This document shows positions 34,652-48,747 of a stretch of 64,000 bases of DNA, piece by piece; the stretch's first letter is position 1, and the number at the start of each line of letters is the position of its first letter. The position numbers and the translations under genes are program-made. Origin of the DNA: Azolla caroliniana (taxonomy: Eukaryota > Plantae > Polypodiophyta); NCBI GenBank assembly GCA_043228905.1, contig JBHGNT010000014.1:13950001-14014000 (forward strand). The letters run 5' to 3'. The notes beneath the pieces were generated by a model that saw only the letters and a program-made list of their open reading frames with translations, did not search any database and was not told where the DNA came from.

Positions 34652-37600
34652 TGATGATAATAGGTGATATATTATATGAAGAATAAGTACAAGAATAACT
34701 AGGAGGCTTAAGATTGGCGTTGAACCGAATTGGTTCGAAATAATGCCTTGTGCCTCTTTTATAGTGATGTCAGGAGTACTCTTGAAGTTACTAGAATGTT
34801 CCAGAGAAATCTAGAATATACATCAATTTTCTATAGTGAAATAATAAATGAAAACAACATTATTTGTATTACAATGTATAGCTTAATGGTAGGGCTTCAA
34901 CCCATGTGACATTAGGACATGGCTTTGAATCCTTTTAATGTGACACTATCCCCCCCTTTAAACGATGAGTGTTACGAATCGTCTTTGATTGAGCACCTGG
35001 TTTATTCGGATATTGACAATGGAAATCTTCAAGAAGAGCTCAAGCATTTGCCAAATTCGTCATTGGTTCCCAAGTACGCTCGCTTGGACTATATCCAAAC
35101 CAATCAACCAAATAATAGAGCTTGTTGCGAACAATCTTGGAGTCAAGGATGGCAACAAGCTTGAACTCAAGTCCATCTTCAAGTTCGATCGAGGGTGGAG
35201 GTGGTGTAATACAATCTGGGATAGGGTTGTCCTGATAGGGTGCTAGGAGAGAATTATGAAATATTGGATACATATTCGTAGTTGCGGAGGAAGATCGAGG
35301 CGAAAAGTAACATCATTAATTTTTCTGTTAATATAGAAAGGGCCTAGCCGTTGATAATCCAGTTTGTCACATGTTCAAGTAGTCTTGATGTGCCATCGTA
35401 ATAGCCATACTAGATCTCTAGTATTAAAAGGGGATGGAAGCCGATGACGATCCACATAGTCCTTTTGTGTTTGTTGGGCGTGATGTAGGTGGGTAGATAG
35501 TTGTACCTAAATTCGCCGTATCCGCTCTAAATGATCCTCTGCACTAGGGTTTGTGGGTAACTCAGGAGTTTCTAACATACACCAACAAGGCTGCTAGCTG
35601 ATAGAAGCATAGAATGGTGAAACCATAGTAGAGGAGTCGGTAGAATTATTATAAGCAAATTCAGCAAAATGTAGAATATCTGCCCAATCATCGTGTTGAT
35701 AGCTTAGGAAACACCGAAGATACTATTCCAATGTTTGATTGGTACATTCAGCTTGTCCATCTGTTTGGGGATGATAGCCGAAGGAGAGGTTCTAGGTGAC
35801 CTTGAGCATTTTAAAGAGATGCTTCCAAAATTTAGAGACGAATTGTGATCCACGATCACTGATGATACTGTCGGGAAGACCATGATGCCGAAATACTTCA
35901 CGCATAATAATTCCAACGGTTTCATCACTAGTAATTTCTTTAGTATAGGACATGAAATGTGGAATCTTAGTAAACCGATCTACCACTGTTAAGATTGCAT
36001 AATACCCCTCGAATCTGGAAGATCTGTGATAAAATCGAGAGAAATAGATTGCCATGGTTTGCTTGGGATCTGTAATGGATCCAACAAACCATATGGATGA
36101 TGTCTCAATGTCTTCACTCTACAACATGTATCACATGTCCAAACATAGTCTTCGACAAATCTTCGCATACAGGGCCATGAAAATAATCGTTGTACTAAAT
36201 CCAATGTTTTAGTAATACCAAAATGTCCAACTATATAGGTGTCATGACAATATTGTACTACTCGAAGGCGGCACAAACAATTGGGAACATACAAAAGTTT
36301 CTTAAAGAAGAGTAATCCATTATGACATTCAAATTGCTAATAAGCTATACCTGGTTGTTGTGATCGTGAACAAGATTCCCAAGAAGAATTGATTTGATCT
36401 AGAATAGCTTGACCGAAAACATCCGTCTTCAAATCTTCACGTATGGTATGTTAAGAATTAGGTAAGTAATTAAGCAAGGGTTAATTAGTACCTAATTATG
36501 TGATTAAGTTAAGCTAAGTGGAAGATTAAGTGATTTGTGTGTGTATGTGTGTGAGAGGGAGAGAGAGAGAAGTACACTTAAGAACACCACAAGATGGGGA
36601 TGATTAACTCTATATTAAATTAGCATTATCATCATCAAAATACAAAAATACCCACAATGAGGTATATATACATCTCATGTGCAAAGGTTCACATGTGTGA
36701 ATAGAGTATAGGTACTAAGGGGTAAGTCCTACATTAAATGTACTTAGGAGTGGAGGATCTAGAATATCCCACTTAGGTACAAGGTCCTATTTAAGGCGTT
36801 ATAGTCAACACTCCTAACTAGATTCTATCTAGGTAACTACGAAGTTACATGGTTGACTAAATATCTAAACTAAGTTGAGCTTGATCTCACAACACGCCCC
36901 GTCAAGCTCAAGTGTGAGGCATCCGACATCCTCTTTGGCTTTCATCGGCTTCGTGTGCTTCCGTCTGGCCTTTGACTTTCTTCGTTGTGGCAATCTCGGG
37001 TCCTCCTCCTCAAGCTAGTGACGAAGTCTTGTAGTGTGTGGGCGAAGGACCACTACTTCCACCCATCGTGGGTTACGAGCCGCTTCGGTGGAGCACTTGG
37101 TCTCTTGTTCAGCTGCTACCTTCGTCACGAAGGCATAGTGATGGGCCATGTACTCATTTTAGCCGAACCGAGTGAAGGGGTTCTTTGTTCTAGATGAGCG
37201 TCGGCGTTTTTCACTTGTAGATGTCAGCACCTTCTTTACTCTAGGTGTTCGCATGATGCGTACACCAAACTCATTGTCTATTGAATGAGTCGATGCATCC
37301 GAATCAATGTCATTGGGCTGGTCGACTTTGTATTCGGGCATCTTACCTTTGCCTTTGTTCGTGCTTGGACTTGGCCACGACATGCTTTGGTCGCTTGGGG
37401 ACTCGTGTGGCCCACTAAAGCTTGTCGTAATCGGACTTCCTCGAATATGCGCGCGAGTCAATCTTCGGCTTCTATCTCTATTTCAGCAGATTCCGGGTCG
37501 AGCAGAGTCGGAGTCGAAGTTGTCTCTGGTGCGTACCAGGATGCAAACTCGTCGAAGACTACGTTTCGACTTACCCGAACTACTCGGGTAGAAGGGTTGT

Positions 37601-39470
37601 AGTAGTTCTTCTCGGACGAGTATCCTATGAGGATACATTTCTCTGACTTCGCGTTGGGCTTCTCTCGGTTTTCGTTCAGAATGCGTACATTACCAAAGAT
37701 TTCAAACACCTTGAGGTGCGACAAGATCAACTTTCTTCTGACGAGGAGCTCGTATGGAGCTAGCTCTTGCACTCCATTAGTGGTGCACCAGTTCATGAGA
37801 TAGACGACCATGGATGCCGCATCGGCCCAATAGAAGTTCAGCATGTGCTTCTCATGTAACATGGCCCATACTACCTCGAGTATTTGCCGATTCTTCCTTT
37901 CGGCGACTCCATTTTGTTAGGGTGTGTGTCGGGATGAGAATTCTCTCTGAATGCCTTCACTTTGGAGGTAGGAGGTGAATTCATCGGAGAAGTACTCCTT
38001 TCACCGTCCGATCGTAGGCATCGAATGTGCCGACCGGTTTCTTTTCGACTTGGCCCTTGAGGTTTTGGAAGTGGGAGAACACTTCGCTCTTCTTCTTCAT
38101 CGGGAAGATCCACGCATCATGCGAGTAGTCAGCGATGAAGGTGACATAGAATCGGCATCCGTCGATCGTCGACGTTTGAGCTGGTCCCCACACATCTGAG
38201 TGTATGCTCTCGAGGAGGCCTTTTCTTGCGTTGCTCTCCTTCGGGAATGGGAGTCGATGTTTTATGCCGAGTTGGCATGCTTTGCATACTCGGTCGATTC
38301 GTTTCGACTCCAATGTCGGAAGTCCGATAACGACTCCCTTTGATTGCATAGTTCAAACTCGTCAAAGGTTTATGTGCCCGATTCTTTTGTGCCACAACTT
38401 GATGCTTGTCTCAGTTTTGAGACCTTTAGCATATATTGCCGATTTCACCTCATTTGAATTGAGGATGAACAATCGACCATCTCTCCATCTCTCGACGATT
38501 TGGCCGACCGAGACCAAATTCTTTGTTATTCTGGGCACGTGCAAGACATTCTTGATGCAATTGTTCATGCCTCTATTGCCGAATGGAACGTTGCCAATGT
38601 GCTGAATGGGATGTGTGGTGTTGTCTCCTATCTCTATGTAGCCGGGTTGATCCGGTGTATGCAAGTCATTGAACCACTCTTTGTGGGATATCATGTGATG
38701 TGAGGCGCCGGAAATGACGAACCACACGTCTTCCGAGGCTGACATAGAGTTCTCTCTATGCCTCATTACGAATAATCCGCCGTAGTCGTCGTATTCAGAG
38801 TTGCTAGCGTAATTCATGAGTTGTGAACTTGTCGAAGCTGACTCGCTTCTTCTTTTTCGGCACTCCTCCTCCCGGTGGCCATTTTTTCTGTAATAGTTGC
38901 AAGTTCCGGGCCACATTTGCCAACCTTGTTCAGCATGGAAGCTCCCCCTTCTTCCGAAGGTTCCTCGATGGCTTCGTGTGATGGGCCGAATTGGCCTCTT
39001 CTACCGTCGTGACCTCGTCCTTGGCCACCGCCCGAATTTGAGAAGAACATTTTTCCTTCCGATGTCTTCGTCTTGGTTTGAACATGGTTCTCTTCGACCA
39101 ATAACATGGATTGGAGGTCGAAGAACAAAGATTGCCATACGTAATGGATCAAATCATTATGCGAGACCGCCGAAGCATACTTGAACCATCTCATCTTCGT
39201 CGATGTTTATTTTGATGGAGCCAAGCGAGTAACAAATGCTCTTGATCTTGGTGGTGTAGTCCGACACAGACATATCTTTTTGCCAAATGTTGTTCAACTC
39301 TTGTCGGAGTTGAAGCTTTCGGGCGGGCATGTTGGCGGTGAACATCTTCTTCAAGTTCCCCCACGCCTCTTTAGGTGTCTTGGCGTCTCGGAAGTGGCTA
39401 AGCATGTGATTGTCGACACATGTTGCCAAACAATACATGCGTCAACTCGCCGCTTGCTCCCATGTTGCGT

Positions 39471-40186
39471 TGTTGTGAGTATTTTTGGCCATGGTGAGAA
39501 AACCTGAGCGGGAGGAATAAAACAAGATGTGCAACATTGCACGTGAACTTAGGAAAATTGTAACATAGGAATAATATTCAAATGTAAGGAGGAAAAGTAA
39601 GATGTAAAGGTATAAAGGTGATGTGCACTTTGTAGACTAGAGGGAGGCACATGAAGTATGGGTGTAGGGAGTACTGGGCATTGAGTATGTCGGTGAGAGG
39701 AGAGGGAGTTAAGACCCATCAATCTCACCTCCTAAGATCGAGCTCAAATACTCTCCTTTGAAAGAAAGGGGATTTGACCACTCCTTTTTGTAATGTGCCT
39801 CACCCCTTATTACTATAAAATGGAGTGAGGGGTCACTTTTCAGGGGCTTCCACTTTTTGGGTTTCTTTGGGTTGCCATTAGGGTTTCGGAATTTTGGGTT
39901 TTAGGATCTCGTTTTAGGGTTTTCATTCATCGTCTTCTTCTTATTTTCCCCTATCCAGTTAGGGTTTCATCTAGAGGGTTTACATTCGGCCTATACGACC
40001 ACGGTTGTAATTGGTGCGGTGCTTTCCATAATGTATCTTGTCTTGTTTAGATCTTATTCTCTTGAATCTTAATCTTTCTCTTCCTTCTCGGTTGAACTCC
40101 CAAGCTTCTCTCCCTCCTCTTACTCCCTAGTCCAAGACCCTCGTGGTCCCATCCTATCCGACACGCACGCGCGGATTTCCACGATA
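39471..40186 (+). mobile_element. Solo LTR of the tRNA-Trp-primed group, inserted in E gag
   Basis: TGTTGTGA..CACGATA (decayed TGTCGTGA..CGACA); TSD GCGT; removal restores the E peptide VEYATW; U5 motif shared with G. Confidence 0.85.
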
Positions 40187-40364
40187 GCGTATTCAACGTT
40201 CTTTGAATCGGGTCGATTTTCTTGTGGGCCGATGATGTAGCTCCAATACCATGGTTGATGAGGTATTGGTGTCATCTTGTACCCCCAAGATGAATAATTG
40301 CTCCAGTCTAGCTTTTCACTAGAGAGCGAGCTACCCATTTGTGTGTTCATTTTGATGTAGTGTT

Positions 40365-40980
40365 TGTTGAGAATCAGATCGTTAATTCACAAGAATGAAA
40401 ATGCTGAAATACACAACACAAATACACAAGGTGACAATGCACACAGATTTAATGTGGAAACCCTAAAAAATGGGAGAAAGAGAACATAACTCCACTATAC
40501 AATGGATATACAATGTAGGAGATTACAACACTCTCCTATCGAGTGTATAAGCCACATAGGGCTATTGCGTTTGCTGTTACACACACAGCTATGGCTCGAC
40601 ACACACACTCTCTCTCTTCTCTCTACTCTTCTCTTACTCACACGCACGCTACAACCTACACCCTACACACACTCTGCAACTCAACACAATACATATGCCC
40701 TAGGCGTATTTATACTAATACATCATATGGGCTATTTACAAGTGTAGCCACTACTACACATCACTACTATTATTATAACTATAATAATAATAGTCAACAG
40801 TTAATCAATCGACTCCCTATTTGTCAACTCTTTGATTGTCGGCTCTCCTCGGGCCGAACAATCGGCTCTTCCATGTCTTCGGCTATCGGCTACTTCCAGA
40901 CAGTCGGCTCCTCCTAGTCTTCGACTGTCGACTACTTCCAGACAGTCGGCTCCTCCCACGGGAGGGACATATTCCCAACA
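40365..40980 (-). mobile_element. Solo LTR, Copia-like, in the E leader
   Basis: TGTTG..CCAACA; the end ggagggacatattcccaaca resembles the 8579 solo LTR; flanks gtgtt/atgtc differ by two transitions. Confidence 0.7.
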
Positions 40981-43823
40981 ATGTCTTCCTTTTTTTATTT
41001 CCTTCGCTCGATCACTTACTCGTGCTATGTAGTAGCACTATGGTAGCGAATAACTAGAATTTGTCGTCTGCGTTTCGAACACACAATTACGAAAAGTCGG
41101 GTGGACTTACTGGATGTGCTAAACCACACACTTTGATACCGTGTTAAGGATTAGGTAAGTAATTAAGCAAGGGTTAATTAGTACCTAATTATGTGACTAA
41201 GTTAAGCTAAGCGGAAGATTAAGTGATTTTTGTGTGTATCTGTGTTAGAGGAAGAGAGAGAGAAGTACACTTATGAACAACCCAAGATGGGGGCTGATTA
41301 ACTCTATATTAAATTAGCATTATCATCATCAAAATACAAAAATACCCACAATAAGGTATATATACATCTCATGTGCAAAGGTGCACATGTGTGAGTAGAA
41401 TAGAGGTACGAAGGTGTAAGTCCTATATTAAATGTACTTAGGAGTGGAGGATCTAGAATTTCCCATTTAAGTACAAGGTCCTATTTAAGGCGTTACAATC
41501 AACACTCCTAACTAGATTCTATCTAGGTAACTACAAAGTTACATGGTTGACTAAATAACTAAACTAAGTTGAGCTTGATCTCTCAATAGGTATCGATAAT
41601 GCATGAATCCAAGGGAGTGTCAAAGACCCACGTTGCTTGAAGTCGTGTCGGTCCCAGGATTATTTGCTTTTGATTGTCAAAGGCCGCATCACCAAGACAG
41701 GAGCTAGATAGGAGCATCTTGATAATGCATCCACTTTCTGCTGTTGCTTGCCCGAATGATATGTAAGCTTAAAATCAAAATGAGTGAAGAATTGGGCCAA
41801 CCGAGCTTGTGTCTATTTAATACGCAAGCATTTTGAAAGTAGGCGAGATTCTTGTGATCACTGAATACAATGACTTGATGAAGAGATCCTTCTAAAAAAT
41901 GCCTCCATTGTGCAAAAGTGTCCACTATTGCTAATAGCTCCTTGTCATGTATCTCATAGTTGATTTCGGCGGCGTCAAATTTGTGTGAGTGAAACGTCAA
42001 GGGATGTAGCTTCTCATCGTCGCCTTGTTGTAATAAAATACTACCTAGGGCGAAATCTTACGCGTCTGCCTCCATGATAAATGGTTTTTGCAGATCAACA
42101 TGAGCTAAAACAAGTGTTGATGTAAATGCTTTCTTGGGACCCTCAAAAGCCTTGTCCACTTCTTTAGACCAAACAAATGATTGACCCTTCTTTGTAAGCT
42201 GTGTGAGCAGCAAAATAAGCTTTGAGTAGTCTTGTATAAACTTGCGATAAAAGTTTGTGAATCCTAGAAAGCATTGCACATATTGCAACGAACGTGGAGT
42301 CTACCACTCTAGCACAATTTGGACTTTAGCCGGATCCATAGAGATGCCTTCCGAGGAAATGACATTACTGAGAAATTCAACTTGGCTACAGTCAAAACTA
42401 CACTTCTCCAGCTTTGCATAAAGACCATGGTCTCATAGTTGTCTTAGTACTAATAATACATGAGAATCATGCTCCTCCTGTGTCTTTGAATAAACTAGCA
42501 GATCATTCAAGTAGATGATTAAACAGATGTCCAAAAGATCTCAGAATATATCAATTGCCATGTGTTGGAAGATTGTTGGCGCATTGGTGAGGCTGAATGG
42601 CATAACCGTATACTCGAAGTGCCCATATCTTCCATTCGTCTCACGATCGAATCTGAATGAGGTTATACGCTCCTCGTAAGTCGATTTTTGTGAAAAACTT
42701 GGCACCACTAATCTTTACAAACATTGATTATGTGCATCCTTCCTCACTCAGTTGATGTGGCAAAATAGTTGAAACCTTATGAGTAGATTCTTGGGGTTGT
42801 TGATACTTGATTTGTCTTGTTCTCCAATCTCATGTCCGGATTGTGTAATTCGAACCATGGCAACCCCAAAACAATGGGATGTTCTGGGCTACTAATTATA
42901 TTAAATGATACTACACACGCCAAATTATCTAGGACAATACTAATTGGATCTGACTCTTCTATGATATTTCCATAAGCAATGGGACGACCATCAATGACCA
43001 CTACAGATGCTGGGCAAGGAAGTTTTCTTAGGGATATCTGATGAACTTGTGCAAAATTCCTATCCATGAAGCAAGAATTAGCTTCGGAATCTAAGAGTGC
43101 TAAGATATGTATTGGAGGGGTACTTTTAGTACTAACTGTTAATTGAGCTAAAAACACACTGTTAACTTGCTTAGAGGGAATGGAACCACTAATGGGCTGC
43201 ACAGATCTAGGGATGTCCAACCAAACAACTCCTTTTTTGGTTGGACTTAGTCGTTTAACTCTTCTTCTAACTGACTAAGGACATCAAATTTGTTCAATAG
43301 ACTCGGACTATTACTACTATTAGGATTATCAGATATTCCTAGTGAAATAGACTCAGGTTTAGTATAATTAGTAGTAGTCACTATTTGGGTTACCTATCTT
43401 CTTGGCCTATTGGGACAGTTCACTGCAATATGCCCCAATCCACCACAATAAAGACAGAGTCGATTTGCTTGGCATCACTGCTCTTCCTCTTCCGATAATG
43501 GTTCGCGACGACGTGTGGTGTCCATTTCCATCGGAGTTGGAGTATTTGCTGGGGACAAATTATATGACTCCCTTGGAAAAGGTTTTGCTACAACTGAGGC
43601 ATAGGTTGGCTCTGATATTGTCCTTGGCATCTGGAACTTACGTTCCGAACGTCGCTCGAAAAGGCGGTTACTGCATCATACCACGCGACTGATTGCTTCT
43701 GTCAATGACTTTGACTATTCGGGGAAATTCAAGAGTAAATCCTTGAAATCATTACGTAGGCCATAACAAAATTTCTCCATTAATTCCTTGTTATCCCGGG
43801 GAATATCGGTGGTGAGAAGACGG

Positions 43824-44557
43824 TGTCGTGAGAAATTCCGGCTAGAAGGAGAAAAAGGACCAGAGGCGCGTGAACGGTCGCATGCATGGATACGTGCGAA
43901 TATGTGTTGGGCACTTGTAAAAAAACATGGGACTAGGTCTAGGTCGGCATAATGCAGGACAAATTAATAGAACAATATTAAACAGTGAATAAATCAAACG
44001 AATCTTTGTCTAAGGCGGCGGAAAATTAATAGTATGATGTAACAACCCTCCCTCTCCTTGGTCTATAAAAGGGGGGGAGAGAGGACTGAGCAGGGATGTT
44101 TTTTTGTTTTAGTTTTTTTTTCTGGGGAGAACGAAGTGATGTCGGTCCGGGAATCGAGCACCTGCTCTCTATCTTCGTTTCCTCTGTTGTCGCTCTGTTT
44201 GGCCAGATGCCTCTACTCGCGTATGAAGCCCGTGTGGTCCCGACGGAGGCTCCCTGTCGTATCTCGGTGCGCGGGTGTGTGTGTTGTTCGTTGAGCTCGT
44301 AGCAACTCCTGACTGAGCCAGTTGTACTCTGATCAATTCTAGTTATTGTCAGAATTCCTCGTTGTGTTACTCGTGCGTTATTGTGTTTCCAACCAAGCTG
44401 GTTGTGTCCAATGTTATCACGCGACGCGGTCTATCGCTTCTAGCCGTCGACGTTAATTGTTATTATTCTCCTTCCCATTCTTCTTCTTTTACTCTCCTTG
44501 GTTCAAGGCCATTGCGGTCCCACCTAGCTTCACACGCATACGTGAAATTACATGACA
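43824..44557 (+). mobile_element. Solo LTR of the tRNA-Trp-primed group, inserted in D gag
   Basis: TGTCGTGA..TGACA; perfect 4-bp TSD ACGG (43820-43823/44558-44561); TATA ctataaaagg. Confidence 0.85.
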
Positions 44558-45300
44558 ACGGAAATCCGCAGCATAAGCTGAGGCCAGCCGATCACCTTAG
44601 CACAATCTTCGGAATTTGTTGATTGCCGTCCTAACGTTGTCGGTATCTCCAAAACAAGCTTTAAACTCGCTAATAAACTCTTCAAAATTATTTAACAAGG
44701 GAGAGTTGTTTTCTAACAGGGGGGGCGAACCATGCCAAAGCCATGCAACTAAGTAGCTTGCCTACTAGTTCCACTTGTGATGCATTAGTGGGATATCGAG
44801 AAGGATGCATTTGAATCACTAAACGTACCTAATTAAGAAAACCTCTAAACTGTGATCGGATCCCATCAAATTTCATAGGAAGACCGATCATGGGTTCTTT
44901 GTGAGTCCCTTGAGCGCTTGATCCTTGTTGTTGTAATGATACAATAGTCACTTCAAGTTGTTGCACACGTAATGTCAGCTCCCCGTGTTGTTGTTTTTCT
45001 AGAGCTATTTGTTGAAGATCCCCCAACAAATGGTGATTTTCTTGTTCTAATGGTATAAAGTTCTCTTTTAAGCACCGGAGCTCCGAGAAAATAGATCGGT
45101 ATTCTTGAGTGCTAACAATTGCCATTTACTAGGGAGGATAAGAGGATTAGTATGTCAAAGGGAAGGAGGGATAAGAGGATGACCAATTCGGTTCAAACTG
45201 TCAGGAATAGTACTAAAAACAGAGAGAGAATTAGCAATAGAGAAGGAAAGTACTATGAGGATTAGTACTAAGAGGAAGGGAGTGTGTAAGAGAGAATTGG

Positions 45301-45343
<43 letters not shown>

Positions 45344-45567
45344 TGATAACAGGTGATATATTATATGAAGAGTAAGTACAAGAATAGCTAGGAGGCTTAA
45401 GACTGTCTTTGAACCGAATTGGTTCAAAATAATGCTCGATTGTGTATCTTGGATCTTCCCGCGTTGTCATGAAACCCTAGTGTGGCACACCACCTCCACA
45501 GACTACAGCAAATCCAATTAGAGTTATCTTCACATCTTCAAAAAGCGCATGTACACCATAAGACCAA

Positions 45568-46075
45568 TGTTGGGAGCCGGATCAGACGAGCCAGATGAAG
45601 AAGTCAGATTCATAGGGTTCTAGATAAGATCCGGAAACCGGAACCAGTGAATCCAGATGGATCCGGTGCGAACTGGATCCAAGGACATATTTGTAAATAT
45701 GTTAGGATAAGCCCACTGAGGCTATATTTGTAAATAGCCCAAAATTCATATAAGTATAAATATGACTTAGGGCAATTATGTTGGTGTGTGAGTTGTTCTA
45801 TATTGTTGTATATAGAGAGTGGGAGAGAGAGAGAGAGAGATAGAACCAGTTTTCTGTTGTAACCACCGGTTTGGTGAAGACAGAGCTCGAGGTCGTTGCC
45901 TCTGAGTCTTAGATTGTATTCCACCCCTCATAGTGATAGTTGGAGTTTGTGGGCTCTCATGGTTTTTTCCCATTTAGGGTTATCCACGTAAACATCCTGT
46001 GTCATCTCTGTTTTAGTTTGTTCTATTCTATTCCTTGTTGAAGACTCAGTTGTGGCCAAGCATTATTTCTGCACA
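45568..46075 (+). mobile_element. Solo LTR, Copia-like, in the C integrase region
   Basis: TGTTG..GCACA; perfect TSD ACCAA. Confidence 0.85.
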
Positions 46076-47022
46076 ACCAATTCTGATCGGCATCGTCTTA
46101 ACTATCCTTTCAAGGTTGGTGACCGAGTATGGTTGCTTCGTCGTCACATCAAGACTACCTGACCGTGTGCTAAGCTCGATTACCAACGCTTAGGTCCTTT
46201 TATCATCACAACGCGGATTAATGATGCAACATTTCATCTTAACCTTCATGTACAAATGCGCCTTCACCCAATCTTTCATATCTCTCTTTTGAAATCTTGC
46301 CACACCTCTTTAATTCCTCATCGTGTCGTGCCACCACCACCTTTCGTCCAACTTGTTGGCGGCCCCGAATACGAGGTAACTGCTATTCTCGATTCTAAGA
46401 TTGTGCAGAATAAGCTTTATTATCTAGTTGATTGTCTTGGCTATCCTCCAAGTGATCGCACTTGGGAACCTGTCGATAACGTTTGTAATGCTCAAGCTCT
46501 TGTCGACAACTTCCATTGCCACTATCCAAACAAACCTGGCCCTACAATGTAGGTTAACGCCGACTTTCACTCGGCATTCTTGAAGGAGGGATAGTGTCAT
46601 GAACACATGAACATTATGCCGTCACCCGGACTTCAACCTAGGACCTTGTTATCCATGATTGAAAACCTCAACCATTAAGATAACTTATTGTCACATGAGA
46701 GGATGAAAACTACTTTTTGTATTACATTGATTATTGTAAAACTCTGGATCATTCCAGAATGTTCTAGAATGTCCTATAACATTATAGAACATTATAGAAA
46801 TCTCGAAGCTATTCTATAGGAACCTATAAATAGGGACCTACATGTATTCTCAAATAAATTCGAATCAACACCAGTCTTTAGCTCTCATTACATGTCTTGT
46901 ATCCATTCTTATTCTTTGTCTATCTTAATACAACCATTCTTCTCTTAGCATTTCGTTCCTTTATTCTCGTGTTCTCTTATATCCTTCTTCCATCACTCTA
47001 TCTTTAATTCTTGGTTCTGACA

Positions 47023-48747
47023 CTCAAGGCCTTCATGCTCTTTAGGGTCGAAGCCTCTATGATGGCCTTAATCTTTCCTGGATCAACCGCAATGCCGTCC
47101 TAACTTACTATGTGTCCAAGGAGACTATTGGTTACATCGAACACGCACTTGGTTGGATTAAGACTGAGCCGTGTTGAATGACATCGCTCAAAGCAAAACC
47201 AGAGGTGTCGTAAATGCTCATCCCATGCGCCATAAACTACAAAGTTGTTGAGGAAGACCTGCATAAAAGCGGGTATGTATTCTCTGAGGATTTCCGTGAT
47301 GATGCGCAGAAATGTCACAGGCACCGTTTAAACCCGAACATCATTACCACGGCTACAAATACACCCCAATCTGTCACCAAAGCGGTCTTTTCCTAATCTT
47401 CAAGATGCATACGAATCAGATTATAGTCGTTGAAGCCATCTAAAAAACTATACATTTCGTGCCCAGCTACTACGTTGAGTTCACCATCTTTGAAAGGAGG
47501 GGGAAAAGCATCTGTAATTGTTGCCGTCTTGAGTTTCCAATAGTCGACGGAGATACGAGTTTTCCCGTTCTTCTTTGGGATGACTACAATTGAACTCAAC
47601 CACGTTGCCTGCTTGACTGGTCTGATGAGCCCGACTTTCAAGAGCTTATCGATTTCTTCATTTACGCAAGCCACATAATTAGGGTTCTTTCGGTAACGCC
47701 TTTGTTGGACGGTCTTTGCATCCGTCGCCAAGTTAATCTAATGCTGGTAGAACTTTGGGTCCATCCCCTTGATGTCCTCATGAGACCATGCGAATACATA
47801 TTTATATCTGTGCAATAGTTCAATCATGGCCGCCTTTTCCGAAGGCGGTAAGTCCTTTGCTATCGACAGGGGACGTGGCACATTGGACGTCCTGATATTG
47901 ATTTCCTCTAAGTTTGATGTCATGACCCATCTAGATATTTCCATTTCTTGGTCCAACGCGTCCTGTGCCCTCCAAAGTTCCATGAGGGCCTCCGTATCAG
48001 GTTCACACTCTTGGGCTCCTATTGTTCTCGGCGTGGTGTATGCTCTAGCCATCTCGATGACATCTATCTCAAACAATGGCATGATTCGAGGGTGCTCTTC
48101 TAGATAAGTTTTCAGTTCCTCATCATCTAACCCCTTGAGGATGTGAACTTCTTCCGCGTAAAGCGGAGTCATAGCTTTAGTGGGTGGACAGCTCTCTTGC
48201 ATCGACACCTGAACCTTGGCTTAACCTCACCAAAAACTGATGTTGTCGCGCTGTCAATTCTGCTTGATGTTTGTTGAGTGTAGCCATGGTCGGCCTAATA
48301 GTAGGGGGTAAGCACTCAAAGCCTCAAGGGCCAATACGACGATCGATATCTCGAATGTATGTCTGCCTATCATGATCTCTAACTTTCGGAGTAGACCCAG
48401 TGGTCAGACAGATCGTGGATCCGCAATGTGGAGCCAAAATGGGCACACTTCCCACTCTATAATGCCGAGGCGGTTGCAAGTGGCTTTGCTAATGATGTTT
48501 ACTCATGAACGTCCATCGACTATGCACCCCGAGATTTCTTCCCCTTGTAAATTAACCTTAATGGACGAGTTATGGTGATCTAACATGGTCGGCCCTGTAA
48601 TAGATTCGACAAAATTGGCATACGAGTCTCCATGGCTTCCGAAATGGAGGAACCAAATTTAAGATCTTGTTCATTGTTAGGGTGATCTGGTAGTCCGCGA
48701 GGGCTTGCCATACCGGATCTTCCCCCATCGTAGCATCCTCCGTACGG
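47023..48747 (-). pseudogene. Element A protease-RT remnant
   Basis: WLSSIVVIPKKNGK, YSFLDGFNDY, VFLNNF (decayed FLDDF), CIVDG protease region near 48520. Confidence 0.85.

Larger units (their letters stand above)
36449..41588 (-). mobile_element. Element E: Ty1/Copia with gag-PR-INT but no RT/RNase H
   Basis: LTRs 36449-36894 and 41142-41588; TSD GGTA(T); tRNA-Met-type PBS (cggtatcaaag); PPT gcttgacggggcg; WFVISGASHHM, LWHKRIGH, HSDVWGP. Confidence 0.9.
22277..45436 (-). mobile_element. Element D: Tcn1-like chromovirus related to B, inserted in C; 5' LTR truncated
   Basis: 3' LTR split into 22277-22422 and 34609-34945; PPT 34946-34958; chromodomain/INT 35.0-36.4 kb; RH/RT/PR/gag 41.6-45.1 kb; 5' LTR 45199-45436. 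Confidence 0.9.
20937..47022 (+). mobile_element. Element C: Tcn1-like chromovirus, rearranged, carrying over 23 kb of nested insertions
   Basis: 5' LTR from 20937 (R/U5 inverted), 3' LTR 46595-47022, perfect TSD CTCAA (20932-20936/47023-47027), PPT gaaggagggatag, RT-RH 21441-22276, INT end and chromodomain 45437-46552. Confidence 0.9.
9812..48747 (-). mobile_element. Element A: Athila-like Ty3/Gypsy, decayed, interrupted by B, C and G; 5' part lies beyond the nested block
   Basis: 3' LTR 9812-10360; 3' extra ORF; INT/RH at 19.1-20.9 kb; the RT-region peptide KALSHFLGQI rejoins across C at TSD CTCAA; RT/PR at 47.0-48.7 kb. Confidence 0.85.
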
